Of a stretch of DNA of 64,000 nt, positions 12,379 to 22,636 are shown piece after piece. Position 1 is the stretch's first letter; every line of letters starts with the position of its first letter. This DNA comes from Centroscyllium fabricii. Lineage: Eukaryota. The DNA lies in assembly GCA_051313645.2 (NCBI GenBank), contig JBNRSN020000017.1, forward strand, positions 1,612,001 to 1,676,000, read 5' to 3'. A model generated the notes under the pieces. That model saw nothing but the letters and a program-made list of their open reading frames with translations. It was not told the origin of the DNA and ran no database searches. The position numbers and the translations under genes were made by a program.

Positions 12379-12777
12379 ACAGTGGTTAGCACTGCTGTCT
12401 CACAGCACTGGAAACCCGGGTTCGAGTCCAGCCTCGGGTGACTATCTGTGTGGAGTTTGCACATTCTCCCCGTGTCTGCGTGGGTTTCCTCCGGGTGCTC
12501 CGGTTTCCTCCCACAGTCCAAAGATGTGCGGGTTAGGTTGATTGGCCAGGATAAATTGACCCTTAGTGTTAGGGGGTTTGAATATGTGGGGTTACGGGGA
12601 TAGGGTGGGATTTGTGTCGATGGAGGCTCGATAGGGATTAAGGGATATGGGGAGAGGGCAGGGGCGGGGTACTGGGTTTGGATGATCAGCCATGATCTCA
12701 TTGAATGGCGGAGCAGGCTCGAAGGGCCGAATGGCCTACTCCTGCTCCTAGTTTCTATGTTTCTATGTTTCTATGTT
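12378..12777 (+). mobile_element. Second HE1-like V-SINE, slightly 5'-truncated
   Basis: Same head, V-domain and CR1-derived tail as 7561-7950; ends (tttctatg)3. Confidence 0.92.
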
Positions 12778-12779
12778 TA

Positions 12780-14860
12780 GCTACTCTCTCTTTTTATAGA
12801 CTTTTAGAAGCTCTTACTGTCTGTTTTTATATTTCTTGCTAGTTTACTCTAAATCTATTTTCTCCCTTTTTTTTAGTCATCCTTTTGCAAGTTTCTAAAA
12901 ATGTCCCAATCTTCTGGCCTATATCTCTAGAAAGGAGAAGATTGAAGGTGACCTGATCGAGGTTTTTAGACTACGAAGGGGTTTAGGGTAGATGGAGAGA
13001 TGATGTTTCCAGAACTAGCGGCCAAAAATATAAGATAGTCACTAATAAATCCAGTAGGAAATTCAGGAGAAACTTCTTTACTGTTGATAGGATGAGATGA
13101 AGACAGGTGGGAAGAGGCTCATTGGATGAAAGGGACGCTGGTAACTTGGGGACATCATTAACTTGGGGATAGAAGGCAGATAGTGGTGAACGGATATTTT
13201 TTTGACTGGAGAGATGTATGCAGTGGGGTACCCCAGGGTTCAGTGTTAGGACCTTGCTTTTCTTGTTATATGTAAGTGACCTGGACTTGGGTATAGAGAG
13301 TACAATCCTCAAAGTTTGCAGATGATAGAAAACTTGACAGCGTAGTAAATAGTGAGGAGGATAGCAGACTTCAGGAGGACACCGCCAGACTGGTGAAATG
13401 GGCAGACACGGCAGATGTGGATAAGTGTGGAGTGATGCTTTGGGAGGAACAGTATGGAGAGACCGTGTAATCTAACTGGTCCTATTCTGAGGGGGTGCAA
13501 GAGCAGAGGGACCGGTGGGGGCGGGGGGCACATTCACACATTTCTGAAGGTGGCGGGACAAGTTGATAAGGCGGTTAAGAAAGTGTATGGGATACTTGGC
13601 TTTGTAAATGGGGCATTGAATACAAAAACAAGGAAGTCCTGCTAAACCTTTACAAAACTCTGGTCAGACCTCAGCTGGAGTATTGTGTCCAATTCTGGGC
13701 ACCACTTTAGGAAGAACGTCAAGGTCCCAGAGAGAGTGCAGAGGAGGTTTACCAGGGTGATACCAAGGATGGGGGACTTCAGTTATGCAGAGAGATTGGA
13801 GAAGCTGGGATTATTCTCCTTAGAGCAGAGAAGGCTAAGGAGAGATTTAATAGAGGTGTTCAAAATTATGAAGGTATTTGACAGCAAGTATAGTGAACAC
13901 AGGAGGAGAGTGATAGACTTCAAGAGGACACAGACAGGCTGGTGGAATGGGCGGACACGTGGCAGATGAACTTTAATGCAGAAAAGTGCAAAGTGATACA
14001 TTTTGGTAGGAAGAACGAGGCGAGGTACAGGAAACACTTTTATACGGGACCGGCGTGTTGCCGGTTTATCAAAATTTCCGGATGGTGGAGAGGGTTATCT
14101 ACCGAGGCTATTTTTAACAAAGACAAATTAAAAATGTGCAGTATACAGTAATTGGGTACTCACCTACAGAATGTTGTGTTAAATGGATGGTGGAAGATGC
14201 TTGATTAAGTACAGTACTGCCAGTTGAGGGTAATGCAATGCAATGACTACCAGCAGCGTGGGAGACGCACAGTACCCCTGTAAAATGGCGGATCAGATGA
14301 GACTACCGGCAGCGCGGGAGAGTCAGACGCCTGTTACAGGGGGATTGAGGTGTTCCAACCTTCGACAGCGCCAAGAAGCCGAGTAGTGGCAGTTTGGAGA
14401 ACTACCCCCAGGAAAAATTTTATGGGGAAAGGGACGGTGGGGGAGCTAGACTGGCTGAAGTGCTCTTACAGAGAGCCGGCACGGGCTTGACGGGCCGAAT
14501 GGCCGCCTTCCGTGCTGTAACCATTCTAGGATTCTAAGTCGGGAGAAACTGTTCCCACTGGCAAGTGAGTTGGTAACCAGAGGTCACAGATTTTAAACTA
14601 TTGGAAAAAGAACTAGAGGGGAATGAGAAATGATTTCACACAGAGGGTAGTTGTGATCTGGAACGCACTGCCTGTAAGGGTGGTAGAATCCGATTCCACA
14701 GGAACTTTCAAAAGGCAACTGGACCTGTGCTTGAAGAGGAATAATTTGCAGGATTATGGGGTGAAGGCCAAGGTCGTGGGCCTAATTGGGTTGCACTTTT
14801 AAAGAGCAGGCAGGATGGGCCGAATGGCCTCCTATGCCGTGTGATTCCGTGTAATTTTAT
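12780..14860. mobile_element. Mosaic of old CR1 fragments, mostly plus strand
   Basis: Degenerate RT and 3' pieces: gtaccccagggttcagtgttaggacc, aagtttgcagatgat, QRRFTRVIP..LFSLEQRRLRRDLIEVFKI (13685-13969), WADTWQMNFNAEKCKVIHFG, and two 3' ends with gggccgaatggcc (~14490, ~14820). Confidence 0.85.
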
Positions 14861-15034
14861 GTGCTGCCTCCTCACTGAATTGCACAAGGCCTCGCCTCGC
14901 TCTTCTCTCCAGCCTGTCCTTCGCAGCAAGCAGGGGAAGGCCGTTTCAGGGCAGATAAGGCGGTTCTGTGCTGGCTCCATGCCTGGAAGCTGTGGCCTTG
15001 TTTGAACGATGGTTTAATTGTTTATCTCTTGTAG

Positions 15035-15214
15035 CTTCGATTGTTGGTGGACCTCGGTGATGGAGAGAAAGCTGCCCAAGTGGCGGAGGCTGCGAGCACT
15101 GGTTTCGGCCACTCGGTGGAGATGTGGCAGAGCAGCCTGGAGGTGCTGATGGAGCTGCGGAGTGCTGGTGTCAGCCGCCTCTTCCAGGAGGCATTGCGGC
15201 AGGTCCCACCCACG
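15035..15214 (+). CDS. UTP6: UTP6 internal coding exon (LRLLVDLG...RQVPPT)
   Basis: Acceptor tctcttgtag, donor gtgagt, 180 nt, phase 0/0. Splices in frame to the next exon. Confidence 0.85.
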
Positions 15215-15731
15215 GTGAGTTACCTACCCGTGAGCGCACCGCGTGTGCTGAGAGCGGGCAGAGTCGCAGAGTAAGCGGGTGAGCCACAGTGTAGTGTCCA
15301 GCAGGAGTCGAGCCCTGCACTGTCCTTCTCGTAACATTGTTAGAATTCAGCTGATGAGCCCCCATTACCTTCCACTCCTGGGCACGGGGCCACTGGGGGA
15401 GGGGGGACGCTGTCGGCTGTAAGACGCCCCCTTAACTTGGAACCAAGTCTCACAGACCCCAAGGGTCAAGGGATCATTCCAAACCTGTGCTGAGTTCATT
15501 GTCCTCAACTAGAGGTATTGCGGAACATTCTGGAAAGTTCACGTGAGATCGGAGCCAGCCTCTCCACCGCTTGTCTCGCTGATACATGGGCAGCACTCAT
15601 TGGGTTTGGGGTCTGTACCCAGCCCTAGTCCGAGAGCAGGAGCACCTTCTGAAAGTAAACCTGCCTTGGTGCCATTGTATGGCTGCTCACAGCCTCATGG
15701 CGCTAACGCTGACATTGGGAGCTCCTGAGGA

Positions 15732-16914
15732 TGACCGTCTCCCCCCTCGCTGACCGTCTCCCCCCTCGCTGACCGTCTCCCCCCTCGCTGACCGTCTCCC
15801 CCCTCGCTGACCGTCTCCCCCCTCGCTGACCGTCTCCCCCCTCGCTGACCGTCTCCCCCCTCGCTGACCGTCTCCCCCCTCGCTGACCGTCTCCCCCCTC
15901 GCTGACCGTCTCCCCCCTCGCTGACCGTCTCCCCCCTCGCTGACCGTCTCCCCCCTCGCTGACCGTCTCCCCCCTCGCTGACCGTCTCCCCCCTCGCTGA
16001 CCGTCTCCCCCCTCGCTGACCGTCTCCCCCCTCGCTGACCGTCTCCCCCCTCGCTGACCGTCTCCCCCCTCGCTGACCGTCTCCCCCCTCGCTGACCGTC
16101 TCCCCCCTCGCTGACCGTCTCCCCCCTCGCTGACCGTCTCCCCCCTCGCTGACCGTCTCCCCCCTCGCTGACCGTCTCCCCCCTCGCTGACCGTCTCCCC
16201 CCTCGCTGACCGTCTCCCCCCTCGCTGACCGTCTCCCCCCTCGCTGACCGTCTCCCCCCTCGCTGACCGTCTCCCCCCTCGCTGACCGTCTCCCCCCTCG
16301 CTGACCGTCTCCCCCCTCGCTGACCGTCTCCCCCCTCGCTGACCTTTTCCCCCCTCGCTGACCTCCCCCCTCGCTGACCTCCCCCTCGCTGACCGTCTCC
16401 CCCCTCGCTGACCGTCTCCCCCCTCGCTGACCGTCTCCCCCCTCGCTGACCGTCTCCCCCCTCGCTGACCGTCTCCCCCCTCGCTGACCGTCTCCCCCCT
16501 CGCTGACCGTCTCCCCCCTCGCTGACCGTCTCCCCCCTCGCTGACCGTCTCCCCCCTCGCTGACCGTCTCCCCCCTCGCTGACCGTCTCCCCCCTCGCTG
16601 ACCGTCTCCCCCCTCGCTGACCGTCTCCCCCCTCGCTGACCGTCTCCCCCCTCGCTGACCGTCTCCCCCCTCGCTGACCGTCTCCCCCCTCGCTGACCGT
16701 CTCCCCCCTCGCTGACCGTCTCCCCCCTCGCTGACCGTCTCCCCCCTCGCTGACCGTCTCCCCCCTCGCTGACCGTCTCCCCCCTCGCTGACCGTCTCCC
16801 CCCTCGCTGACCGTCTCCCCCCTCGCTGACCGTCTCCCCCCTCGCTGACCGCCTCACCCCCTCGCTGACCGTCTCACCCCCTCGCTGACCGCCTCACCCC
16901 CTCGCTGACCGTCT
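15732..16914 (+). repeat. 19-bp minisatellite (TGACCGTCTCCCCCCTCGC) x ~62 in a UTP6 intron
   Basis: Near-perfect tandem copies, with a few variants at ~16340-16385 and at the right end. Confidence 0.97.
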
Positions 16915-16962
16915 TTGAAGCTGGAAGCTCTATTTGATCTCTCTCTCCCTGCTCTGTTACAG

Positions 16963-17043
16963 GACAGTTTGCCGCTGTGGATCCTCTGCCTGGAGTGGAG
17001 CGAGCGTACGAGCAGCGTTACTGAGACGGAAACTCTCTATCAG
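16963..17043 (+). CDS. UTP6: UTP6 coding exon (DSLPLWILCLEWSERTSSVTETETLYQ)
   Basis: Acceptor ctctgttacag, donor gtaggt, 81 nt. Resembles human UTP6 CLPLWISWAEWSE as recalled. Confidence 0.9.
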
Positions 17044-17123
17044 GTAGGTTCCTGTCTGACTGAATCTCTCTCCGCTGATCTGTAGAATGAAGTGACTGAG
17101 TGACTTTCTGTTTATACCCACAG

Positions 17124-17233
17124 CGCGCGTTGCAGACGTCAATCCCAACCACTTCGGTGACACTGAAGGAGAGATACCTGGACTGGGCCCTTAGGGCTGG
17201 GGGCTACAGGAAAGCACGGAAGGTGTTCACTAG
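17124..17233 (+). CDS. UTP6: UTP6 coding exon (RALQTSIPTTSVTLKERYLDWALRAGGYRKARKVFT)
   Basis: Acceptor cccacag after an 80-nt intron, donor gtaaca, 110 nt, ends phase 2. Resembles human SVTLKNKYLDWAYRSGGYKKARAVF. Confidence 0.93.
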
Positions 17234-17269
17234 GTAACAGCTGAGTGCTCGCAAGCACACGGTTAACAT

Positions 17270-18050
17270 GTGTAATAACTCGCGGGACGAAAGCCTTGGT
17301 CCCTCGAGGGGTGTAGAATGGGGGTGTTAGTTTGGGTTCCTTATCGCTTAATACCCTTGCCTGACAAAAATCTATTGATCTGTTTTGAAATTTTCAATTG
17401 ACGTCCCCCCCCCCACCCCACAGCATCAACAGCTGTTTGGGGAGGGGGAAGGGCGAGAGTTCCAGATTTCCACCCCCCTTTGTGTGAGGAAGTGCCTCCT
17501 GACATCACCCCTGAACGGCCTGGCTCTCATTTGAAGGTTCTGTCCCCTTTTTCCGGACAGCCCCCCCCCCCTCCCCCCACTACCAGAGGAAATAGTTTCT
17601 CTCGATCGACCCGATCGAATCCTTTAATCATAAACACCTCGATCAGATCACCCCTCAATCTTCTAAACTCCAGGGATTACAAGCCCAGTCTGTGCAACCT
17701 GTCCTCGGAATTTAACCCTTTAGCCCCGGGATCATCCTGGTGAATCTGCGCTGCCCGCCCCCCCCACCCCCCGAGGCCGATATATCCTTCCTGAGGGGCG
17801 GGGCCCAGAACTGAATGTAGAAATTTACAAGAAATGTTTTTGCACGGGGATCTTCGAAGAGGGAGAAGTTTACGACGGGGGGCTTACTGAGGGAGAGATT
17901 AACCATTTAAAAGGAAATTGGATAAGGATTTGAAAAGGTCAATGTAAAAGGATAAAGGGAAAGGGCAGGGTAGTGGGATCAGAGCGGCCAGCTCCTGGAT
18001 AAGAGCAGGCACTGGGACAGGAGCAATGGGCCGAATGGCTGTGTGTGCTG
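17270..18050. mobile_element. Two degraded CR1 3' fragments (minus ~17270-17817, plus ~17818-18050)
   Basis: Minus strand QFWAP..RKDI..QRRFTRMIPGLKG and LRGDLIEVF-like sequence; the plus-strand piece ends in gggccgaatggc. Confidence 0.75.
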
Positions 18051-18153
18051 GAGGTTACCGTGTCAGTACTGGAGAAGCTGCTGATCGTTGGGTCTGCGCG
18101 ATACAAAGGTTTGAAAAGATTTGTCATCGCGTCTTTCTGTTTCCTTCCTTCAG

Positions 18154-18220
18154 TCTCCAGGAAAACAGACCGTTTTCGTTGGAGTTTTTCAGGAAAATGA
18201 TTGCAATTGAAAAGGAGCAG
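18154..18220 (+). CDS. UTP6: UTP6 coding exon (SLQENRPFSLEFFRKMIAIEKEQ)
   Basis: Acceptor ttccttcag, donor gtgagt, 67 nt, phase 2 to 0. Resembles human SLQESRPFSVDFFRKMIQFEKEQ. Confidence 0.93.
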
Positions 18221-18344
18221 GTGAGTTAACTGACACTGGCGAACCCCTGTACAACCCACTTACATTGCCAAACTCAGTCACCGCTGCAGCCAGCAGTGGG
18301 CGGTGCGATGTGAGGAGGGGACCGTAAGGAGGGGGCAGTGGAAC

Positions 18345-19178
18345 CGTGAGACCGGGCCGGGGATGCGTGAGACCGGGGCGGGCCGGGGGTGAGTGAAACG
18401 GAGCGGGGGTGCGTGAGACCAGGGTGGGCCGGGGTTGCGTGAGACCGGGGCGGGGGTGCGTGAGACCGGGGCAGGCCGGGGGTGCGCGAGACCGGGGTGG
18501 GCCAGGGGTGCGTGAGGCCGGGGGTGCGTGAGACCAGGGTGGGCTGGGGGTGCGTGAGACCGGGGTGGGCCAGGGGTGCGTGAGACCGGGGCGGGGAGGA
18601 TGGGCACAGGGTGGGCCGGGGGTGCATGAGACCAGGGTGGGCTGGGGGTGCATGAGACCGGGGCGGGGGTGCGTGAGACTAGGGTGGAGCGGGGGTGCGT
18701 GAGACCGGGGTGGGCCCAGGGTGCATGAGACCGGGCCGGGGGTGCGTGAGACTGGGGCGGGCCGGGGGTGCGTGAGACCGGGGCGGGCCGGGGGTGCGTG
18801 AGACCGGGGCGGGCCGGGGGTGCGTGAGACCGGGGCGGGCCGGGGGTGCGTGAGACCGGGGCGGGCCGGGGGTGCGTGAGACCGGGGCGGGCCGGGGGTG
18901 CGTGAGACCGGGGCGGGCCGGGGGTGCGTGAGACCGGGGTGGGCCCAGGGTGCATGAGACCGGTGCGGGGGTGCGTGAGACCGGGGTGGGCCCAGGGTGC
19001 GTGAGACCGGGGCAGGCCGGGGGTGCGTGAGACCAGGGCGGGCTGGGGGTGCGTGAGACCGGGCCGGGGCTGCATGAGACCAGGGTGGAGCGGGGTTGCG
19101 TAAGACCGGGGCGGGCCAGGGGTGCGTAAGCCCGGGGTGGGGAGGATGGGCACAGGGTGGGGTGGGGGAGCGTGAGAA
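18345..19178 (+). repeat. G-rich minisatellite, core 26 bp GGGGGTGCGTGAGACCGGGGCGGGCC with shorter variants
   Basis: About 30 recurrences of TGCGTGAGACC separated by G runs; most homogeneous at 18760-18935. Confidence 0.95.
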
Positions 19179-19570
19179 TCTTTACTGATCATCTATTCAC
19201 ATCTTTTGCACTAACTGAGTGTTGAGCTGTCACAGGAGCAGCTCCTGTGATGCCCCAGTCTCCGAGAGGACAGATAGCCCAGCTTGGCTTGGGGCCACCC
19301 ATGGAGAATATTTCTCCTTCACCTCCGCTAACGCTGCCCCATGTACAGCAGAGTCCGGAGTGAGGGCGAGCGGGTGAGTGAGGGAGCAGTGTGTGAGTGA
19401 TGGCGAGCGGGTGAGTGAGGGAGCAGTGTGTGAGAACAGCAAGCTGACTGTGAAATCCAGACTTAGTCGGGTACTCGCCCTTCTCCATGGGTCGTATTCT
19501 AGTCTCTCGCCGATTGTTGGTAATGTTTACTCTTGGTTTGAAATCCTGAATTTGGTTTTTTTATCACAAG

Positions 19571-19643
19571 GAGTGCAGTAAAATGCAGCGTCTGAGGGAA
19601 TATTACGAGCGGGCTCTCCGGGAGTTTGGATCCACAAGTTCTG
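19571..19643 (+). CDS. UTP6: UTP6 penultimate coding exon (ECSKMQRLREYYERALREFGSTSS)
   Basis: Acceptor ttttttatcacaag, donor gtagga, 73 nt, ends phase 1. REYYERALREFGS is a conserved UTP6 HAT-repeat segment. Confidence 0.95.
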
Positions 19644-19934
19644 GTAGGAATCTCTAAGCTTGTTGATCAGAAACAAATATTGCAGCATTATTAAATATGG
19701 ACAAGGGCCTCACTTAGCCATTCAGCATCATTTCCTCCATCTATTGATTGGCAAATTCTGGCCTGTTGTCAGTGTTGCTGTTGGCGATAGGACAGTGTCA
19801 CCATCTGTTCGGGTACCTGTGGGACCTGCTCACACCTCAGCTCCCTCTGTCTCAGTGCCAACTTCTTAACTTGAGTGGAAATTGGGTGGTTAAAGTATCA
19901 AATGATAGAATATTTACTGCTTTTCTGTCCGATG

Positions 19935-20651
19935 CTGTCCCATCAAACACTCCCAGGGCAGGTACAGCACGGGTTAGATACAGAGTAAAGCTCCCTCTAC
20001 ACTGTCCCATCAAACACTCCCAGGGCAGGTACAGCACGGGTTAGATACAGAGTAAAGCTCCCTGTACACTGTCCCCATCAAACACTCCCAGGGCAGGTAC
20101 AGCACGGGTTAGATACAGAGTAAAGCTCCCGCTACACTGTCCTATCAAACACTCCCAGGGCAGGTACAGCATGGGTTAGATACAGAGTAAAGCTCCCTCT
20201 ACACTGTCCCATCAAACACTCCCAGGGCTGGTACAGCACGGGTTAGATACAGAGTAAAGCTCCCTCTACAGTGTCCCATCAAACACTCCCAGGGCAGGTA
20301 CAGCACGGGTTAGATACAGAGTAAAGCTCCCTCTACAGTGTCCCATCAAACGCTCCCAGGGCAGGTACAGCACAGGTTAGATACAGGGTAAAGCTCCCTC
20401 TACACTGTCCCATCAAACACTCCCAGGGCAGGTACAGCATGGGTTAGATACAGAGTAAAGCTCCCTCTTCACTGTCCCATCAAACACTCCCAGGGCAGGT
20501 ACAGCACAGGTTAGATCCAGAGTAAAGCTCCCTCTACACTGTCCCATCAAACACTCCCAGGGTAGGTACAGCACAGGTTAGATACAGAGTAAAGCTCCCT
20601 CTACACTGACCCATCAAACACTCCCAGGGCAGGTACAGCACGGGTTAGATA
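19935..20651 (+). repeat. 67-bp tandem repeat x ~10.7 in the last UTP6 intron
   Basis: Unit CTGTCCCATCAAACACTCCCAGGGCAGGTACAGCACGGGTTAGATACAGAGTAAAGCTCCCTCTACA with few substitutions. Confidence 0.97.
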
Positions 20652-20744
20652 TCTTTAATTCTAGTTTCAGGAGCTGAATAGGCGACTGGAACATAAGGAA
20701 GGGACTGAGCTTTTTGAAGGGATTGAGGAAGTACAATGAAATAA

Positions 20745-20900
20745 AAAGGGAAACTGCTGGACATGCTCAGCAGGTCAGGCAGCATCTGTTTCAGGTTGGT
20801 GCCATTTCGTCATCGGAGTATGATGAAGTAGGTTGTGGAGGTTCAGAAGAGCAGAGTATGGTAAATGAAAGTTGGAGGGTGGGAGCAGAGATAAAGTGTG
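20745..20900 (+). mobile_element. Probable Penelope-like repeat remnant
   Basis: tgctggacatgctcagcaggtcaggcagcatctg resembles an abundant elasmobranch Penelope-type terminal repeat. The assignment is from memory only. Confidence 0.45.
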
Positions 20901-21095
20901 CGGGTAACGTTCCAGATACACCAGACCATTGAAATGGAGCGAGTTGGTGCTGAGAGCGAGAGGCTGGGTGCTGATCCATGCTGTGATTGGCTAAGAGGAC
21001 AGCTTGGTTGAGATGGCCTGCCGGGGTGGTTGGCAGTGATTCTGGGAGAGCCGAGTGTTAATCATTGGTTTAACGGTGCGGCATTCTCCCTCCAG

Positions 21096-21253
21096 ATCTG
21101 TGGCTGGAGTACATCGAGGAGGAGTGGAAGCAGGCGCACGGCAAACCCGAGCACACGGGGCAGATCCACTGGCGAGCAATGAAAGCACTGCACGGGGAAG
21201 ACGTGGAACGCTTCGTGTCTCGGTACACGCTGATGCAGACAGGGCACCTGTAA
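21096..21253 (+). CDS. UTP6: UTP6 last coding exon (DLWLEYIEEE...GQIHWRAMKAL...MQTGHL*)
   Basis: Acceptor ttctccctccag, stop TAA at 21251-21253. The C-terminus QTGHL* matches vertebrate UTP6 (SSU processome, UTP-B component). Confidence 0.95.
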
Positions 21254-21636
21254 TTCCGTCCGTGCTGTACTGAAGCAAACCTCACTGAGACCAAAGTCCT
21301 CATTCTGTGAACATTTAAACCCATCCTGTCGATTCCTGGTGCTGTCTGTCACTCTGTTGGACACTTTACACAGTTATTTAAAGTGTATATTGTTTTGATT
21401 CGAGATTCTGATCAGGGTTCCGTGAGTTTTCTCCTGACTAACTTCCTTGTCCTGTCCACTGCACTGAGTGGGAGGGGGGTTGGGGTGACCTCTGACCTGC
21501 AGGATGTGACACTGACCAATCACTGGATTGAAAGGCTTCGGACAGCATACGTTCTAAACTCAGCAGATAAAGTTTTTGATGTAATGATGTATCTGTGCAA
21601 TTAATCTGTCTCGTCGCAACTCTTAACCTGAATGGG

Positions 21637-21642
21637 AATAAA
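21637..21642 (+). promoter_or_regulatory. Candidate poly(A) signal for UTP6
   Basis: First AATAAA I found after the stop codon, about 385 nt downstream. Use is not demonstrated. Confidence 0.4.
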
Positions 21643-21954
21643 TCCTGGATCTTGCAGCAGCTTCAGACTGGAGCTGGAAGTCTGCGCTGAGGTGAAATGG
21701 GTTATATTCGGGGGATGGATATTCAGTGAGTGGTCTCTCCCCAGCTTCTCGTTGGTATGGCGGTTCTATTGCACAGTCCGTGCCAGTCACTGACGACCAG
21801 TGTTGCAGTACTGTCTGCCAGTGGGGCAAGGGGTTGGGTGAGAGTGAGGGTGAGGGTGTGGTGCGGGCAAGCCGGGGCCGAGAGTGTCCCAGGTGCAGCA
21901 CTCTCATTGGTCTAAAATCCAGAAATCCCACTGCTGTTTCTGGTGCTGTGAGAT

Positions 21955-22310
21955 CTCCCGCTGAATCCCCCCCGAATCGCCCCCCCCCCGAATCTCCCCC
22001 TGAATCCCCCATCCCCCCTGAAGCGCTCTCCCCCTGAATCGAATCTCCCCCTGAATCCCATCCCCCCCAGAATCTCACCCTGAATCCCCCCGAATCGCGC
22101 CCTGAATCCTCTGAATCTCGCCCCCTCCGAATCTCCCCCTGAATCCCCCCGAATCGCGCCCCCCCCCCCAAATCTCCCCCTGAATCCCCCCGAATCGGCC
22201 CCCCCCCCCGAATCTTCCCCCACACTCCCTCCCCCCCCCGGATCTCTCTCTCGCCCCAACCAGTCTCTCTCTCCCAGTCTCTCTTCTCCCCCCTCTCCCG
22301 CCCCTGCCCC
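21955..22310 (+). repeat. C-rich low-complexity array (GAATC + C runs)
   Basis: About 20 GAATC motifs separated by poly-C runs of variable length, then CT-rich sequence. Confidence 0.9.
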
Positions 22311-22636
22311 TGTGGGGCTGAGCCCGCGGGACTCTGTGAATTTGGTTTTAATTAAAACAAACAGCAGGAGGTTGGAATCCAGCCACTATTCTAAACTGGA
22401 ATTCTTTATTTTTGAGGGTTAGCGCCTGAACAGAAACATAACACATTAAAGGAAGTCAAGTGCAGCTCTCGATATCCAGCAATAGCGTGCTGACACAACA
22501 CCGCTGCAGAGGAGTGAGGGAGAATCCAGGTCACTGTTGGAATATAGGCTGACTTCATTCTGCAATTGGTTAATATCACTTAAATGTAAGAATAAGATAT
22601 GACTGTTCCTTGAGAACGCTGGGGGGGAAACGGATA

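Noticed and set aside
14026-14410. Possible second TA-flanked DNA transposon starting tacaggaaacac
   Set aside because: I could not find a convincing matching right TIR, so it is left unclassified.
15703-16857. 384-aa RG-rich minus-strand ORF
   Set aside because: It is the translation of the 19-bp minisatellite (3 x 19 nt = 19-aa period), antisense within a UTP6 intron.
18154-18161. Acceptor at ctccag|gaaaac (18161) as the UTP6 exon start
   Set aside because: The preceding exon ends in phase 2. Only the acceptor at 18153/18154 keeps the frame and restores the conserved SLQE.
18189-19192. Pro/His-rich ORFs of 117-304 aa
   Set aside because: They are translations of the C-rich strand of the G-rich minisatellite and are open in all frames.
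21623-22259. 200-aa and 115-aa Gly-rich minus-strand ORFs
   Set aside because: They derive mostly from the C-rich GAATC low-complexity tract, and the unique part matches nothing I recognise.
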